NCBI GenBank assembly: GCA_024860865.1
Contig: JACRDV010000066.1
Location: 1 to 33,018 of the forward strand
Source: Methanobacteriota archaeon
GTDB lineage: Archaea > JACRDV01
Direction of reading: 5' to 3'
Length of the DNA stretch: 33,018 nucleotides
The notes under the pieces: model-generated
Database searches by the model: none
What the model was told of the DNA's origin: nothing
The model's input: only the letters and a program-made list of their open reading frames with translations
Part shown: in pieces, positions 32,864 through 33,018 of the stretch
How positions within the stretch are numbered: the first letter of the stretch is position 1
Layout of the letters: each line of letters opens with the position of its first letter
Translations under genes and position numbers: made by a program

Positions 32864-33018
32864 AATATTTTTTTGAAAGAAAGGCGAGAAATTATGACTA
32901 TGGCCAGTAGTGACGACAAACTAAAAGAATAAGGAATGGGAGATTGAAAAGACATGAAGTAAGTGTAGTTGGTGGTTTAATGAAGCAAATGCCAGCGTTT
33001 TGGGGATGCACGCTTGCA

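Overview
This is an AT-rich archaeal chromosomal segment, densely coding on both strands. Archaeal origin is supported by topoisomerase VI A/B, an aIF1A-Rio1-KH cluster, ribosomal protein eL13, an archaeal-type TyrRS and an intron-containing tRNA. Many genes carry strong GGAGGTG-like Shine-Dalgarno motifs.

Layout:
1. 1-1521: frameshifted PIN-like and AbrB-like toxin-antitoxin remnants, then an overlapping DUF5678-like small gene plus a retropepsin-like aspartic protease.
2. 1.7-11.1 kb: six consecutive ion-transport genes. These are a P-type Ca2+-ATPase, a CaCA Na+/Ca2+ exchanger, a pentameric ligand-gated ion channel homologue, two CPA2 antiporters and MscS.
3. 11.2-13.0 kb: a small accessory patch next to a tRNA, holding a Cys-rich orphan, a DUF3795-like protein and a BrnT-like toxin with a partner.
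4. 13.2-24.9 kb: housekeeping genes. These are eL13, top6A, top6B (interrupted by a 531-aa LAGLIDADG intein), a KH protein, Rio1, aIF1A, tyrS, an HTH-PRTase regulator, purB and guaA.
5. 25.2-25.8 kb: a VapBC pair.
6. 26.2-32.8 kb: a nitrogen block (amt, glnK, amidohydrolase, glnA, coupled small ORF), then hisC and an AbrB-PhoU protein.

I saw no CRISPR array, rRNA, transposase or integrase.

The items most worth a second look are:
- the DUF5678-like/retropepsin-like pair;
- the archaeal pLGIC embedded among Ca2+/cation transporters;
- the uncharacterised ORF translationally coupled to glnA;
- aIF1A, which lacks an ATG/GTG/TTG start;
- the tRNA, whose anticodon cannot be read canonically;
- the Top6B intein, which has a non-canonical block B.

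All homology calls are motif recognition by eye; no searches were run.
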